This document shows, one piece after another, positions 61,009 through 64,000 of a DNA stretch of 64,000 bases (positions within the stretch are counted from its first letter, which is position 1; each line of letters starts with the position of its first letter). This stretch comes from the human T2T-CHM13v2.0 reference genome, Homo sapiens. The position numbers and the translations under genes are program-made. The stretch is from the NCBI RefSeq assembly GCF_009914755.1, contig NC_060931.1; one strand, given 5' to 3'. The notes beneath the pieces were generated by a model. The model was not told where the DNA came from. It did no database searches and worked only from the letters and a program-made list of their open reading frames with translations.

Positions 61009-61849
61009 CTATTTAGCCCTTGCTATGGAGGAGGGCACAATACCTATTTTCCCGCTGGAGAAGCCCAGGTCAAGGAACAAGTCTGAGATCACAAGGCTAA
61101 CAAGTGTCGAAGCTGTGGCTAAAATCCAAGCCTCTTAACTGCAGAGTCTAGGGCATCAGCAGAGATTTCCATTTTTCTTCTCTTCACCATCACAGCAAAA
61201 TTTTTTGTCAAAGGAATTCTTACGTAGAGACCTATCATACGGAACAGTTAAAAGTAGGCCTTCATGAAGAGGATGGACGTAAAACTCCCCCCAAATCGGC
61301 CTCCTCTTTATTTTCCTCTCCAGGTATGCACCCCAAGCCCTCAGTGGCCCCCAAGGCAGCTCCACGGAATACCACCCGCAGGTTTCAAAGTCACTGGCCC
61401 CCGGCTGCTGCTGTCACTGAGAGCTCATAGCCAAACCCCTAAGACAGTATTTCCTTGGCCCTGCACTCACCTGCTCTGAGGTGAGAGGGAGAGATGGGGA
61501 GCAGAAACACTTCTTCCCTATCCACAGGCCAGTGGGGGAACCCAGGTCCTTCCCCTCCTACCCTGCCCAAGGCCCAGCTTATGGGGGTCCTGGGACACCT
61601 CGGATCCCTGTTGCAGCTCAAGACCCAATTAGGAAGGAGCCAGGTTTCTTTGTGCATTACCAGAAACTGCCCCTCAGGACCAGAAGGCTACAGCCACATA
61701 ACTGGAGGACTAAGTGGGACCAGGCTTCCTGAGAGCTGTGTTTCCTGAGAGCTGTGTGCAGAGGCGAAGCTGATCTGACCGGCAAGGTGAGGACAGAGGG
61801 CAGCTACAGAGACGTCCAAGGTTTGCAGGGACCAGTTCTGCAGTAGCAT

Positions 61850-62280
61850 TTGCCAGTCACCTACTCCAAATATCCACTCTCTGCTTCCTCCTTGTAACTG
61901 AACCACTGTTTTTTGGGTAGGCACTTGGGTGCCTGAAATAAAAATTACTCTTCCCTAAGTTCTCTTTCCTGCCTGCCTTTCAGCTAGTGTGACCACATGC
62001 TAAGTTCTGTTCAACAAAATGTGACTAGAAGTGTCACATGTGGTTTCTGGGAGGCACACGCTAAAGAGGAGCCACATGCTTCTTGTTCCTTCCTTTTTCC
62101 TGATGGCTGGAACTCCAGCAGCCACCTTGGACCACGAGGCCACGTGTGAATGATGGCAGAACCACTATACCACCCCTCTGAAGTTCTATGATATGAGAGA
62201 GATATAACTGATGCCTGTCTTATTTAATCCACTACTCTTTTTTGTTGCTATGAGCAGCCAAATCAAGTTCTAACAAACAC
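61850..62280 (+). mobile_element. LTR33-like ERVL solo LTR
   Basis: gtgaccacatgctaagttctg..ctccagcagccaccttggaccacgagg..tttaatccacta..gcagccaaatc. Confidence 0.65.
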
Positions 62281-62499
62281 AAGCCCCAATCCTCAGCTGA
62301 AGGATCCTTTGGGTGGGGACAGCACAGGAGACATGGCCCCCTCCTGCTTCCTACCAGGAATCCCTGCTCCTTCCTGCCCATATGCCCCCAGGACCTAGGC
62401 CGGCCCCCACCTGCCACCTCTTTCTTGAATCAGGTAGCCTTGCATTTACAGAGCACAGGCTGGCAGGCAAGTTCTAAGCCAGCCCTGACACCTACTCAC

Positions 62500-62830
62500 T
62501 TACTAACTCATTCATTCAACCTATATTTATGGAACAGCTACTTTGAGCTAAGTGCTATTCTAGGTGCTGTGGCTACAGCACAATGGAAGTCCCTGCCCTC
62601 ATGGAACTTACAGTCTAACGGGGAAGAGACAGACAAACAAACAAACCAATGAACACATATCAGGTGACGAGTGCTATGGAGAAAATAAAGGCGAGTAGGA
62701 GGAAAAGAGTGTGCTGGGGGGGAGGGGTTTCTAAGCAGAGCAGCCCCGGTAGGCCTCTTTGAGAAAGTGGCATTCATGGGGAGAGCTGAAGGAAGTGAGG
62801 GAGTGAACCACGTACATATTGGGAGAAGAG
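62500..62830. mobile_element. L2 3' end
   Basis: cattcattcaac..gtgctattctaggtgctg..ccctgccctcatggaacttacagtcta. Confidence 0.75.
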
Positions 62831-63935
62831 CTGGTTGTATGATCTACTGCAAGTCCTTGCATCTGTGCCTCAGTTTCTCCTCTCTGGAATGGTCTGTGAG
62901 ATAAAGGTCATGCAAAGGCAGGCTACCCCAGCTGGAGGGCTCTGTGGTTCCAATCAGTGTGTTGGGAGTAGGTTGGCATGGGAACCTGGCTGGATGGAGA
63001 CCAAAGGGACTCAGTCCTCAGGCAGAGCTCCATGAATTTCAGGTAAGAAGGAGCTGTGGCTTCAGCCTCACACACAGCCAGTATGTTCAAAAATTACAGA
63101 GTGCCCTCCTCACCGGCTTGCTTAACTGCCGTCCCTTCTACTCTGATCAGGGTCAGGTAGCTGGAAGGTTAAGAAATCAGACAGCGTAGACCCCAGGTCA
63201 GTCCACACATCCCTAGGGGCCTGGCTCTGGGAGGTCCCTGCACCCCAATCCAGGGCCAGATAGCAAGCCTCTCTCAGCCGCTCCTTAGAATTCTCTTCCC
63301 CCTGAGTGGAGGCACATACATAGCCTTCTGGCCATGACAATTGGTGGACGAGGTGCCACCCTACACCCTGGTCCTCGGAAGTGTGAGGTGGCTTATTCCC
63401 AAGGGGAATAAGGCTACAAAAGAAGAGAGGGTGGTGGTGATATATGTCGGGGAAGGGGGTGGGGATGGTTGGAGGTGGCCCAGGGGCCAACCTTAGCTGG
63501 GGGACCCTCTTAGCTGAGGGTCTGTGCTTGCTGCTGCTCCAGCGATTCAGGGCAGGGCCAGGACTCAGAGACAATGCAAGAGCTTGGGATGCGGGAGATG
63601 TGGGCAAGGGCCACTGATGAATCTGCAGCTGAACGCTGCATTTTGTGCAGCCAATTATCCCGCAAACATTTCTTAACCACCTATTTGGCTAGAGGCTGTG
63701 GAAATGACAGGGGGTCCTCAGCCAGTGGGCCAGTGGCAAACACCGACATATTTAGGCACAATGCATGGTGGCCAGTGCTATGGCACAGTATTCCAGGCAC
63801 CCTTAGGAGTCTAACTCTTAAATAGCAACATGGCCCCAAGCCTCAATTTACCCTTATGGTAGAGGGGTAGGGAAAGAGATGTGGGCACAGTATAGGTTTG
63901 TCACCATCCTAAAGTCCTTTTTAAAGAGGTTTTTC

Positions 63936-64000
63936 GCCAGGCATGATGGCTCATGCCTGTAATCCTAGCACTGGGAGGCTGAGGTGGGCAGATCACTCAA
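63936..64000 (+). mobile_element. Alu 5' end, truncated by the window edge
   Basis: gccaggcatgatggctcatgcctgtaatcc. Confidence 0.88.

Overview
Human (primate) genomic DNA, recognised from memory as the MKLN1/PODXL locus on 7q32.3. The + strand carries the last coding exon of MKLN1 (muskelin, 1197-1318) and its ~9 kb 3' UTR, ending near 10225. The - strand carries PODXL (podocalyxin), convergent with MKLN1: coding exons 2-9 (25023 down to 17903) and a ~4 kb 3' UTR ending near 13857. Everything from 25024 to the window end is PODXL intron 1, and exon 1 lies outside the window. That intron is dense in Alu, L1, L2, MaLR/ERVL LTR and MER elements and holds a full-length RPL31 processed pseudogene. 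The main observations are: (1) a site near the PODXL poly(A) signal that can pair with almost all of miR-199a-5p around a 3-nt bulge, an architecture resembling a target-directed miRNA degradation (TDMD) trigger; (2) the Alu-derived cassette exon 3, locked in an inverted-Alu hairpin with a U23 tract and a NAGNAG acceptor; (3) two missense differences from the remembered PODXL reference (G112S, S194L); (4) templated-insertion scars in old repeats; (5) a CFIm-type distal MKLN1 poly(A) site followed by a G-rich pause-like element; (6) candidate CTCF sites. Repeat subfamily names and boundaries are by eye and approximate.
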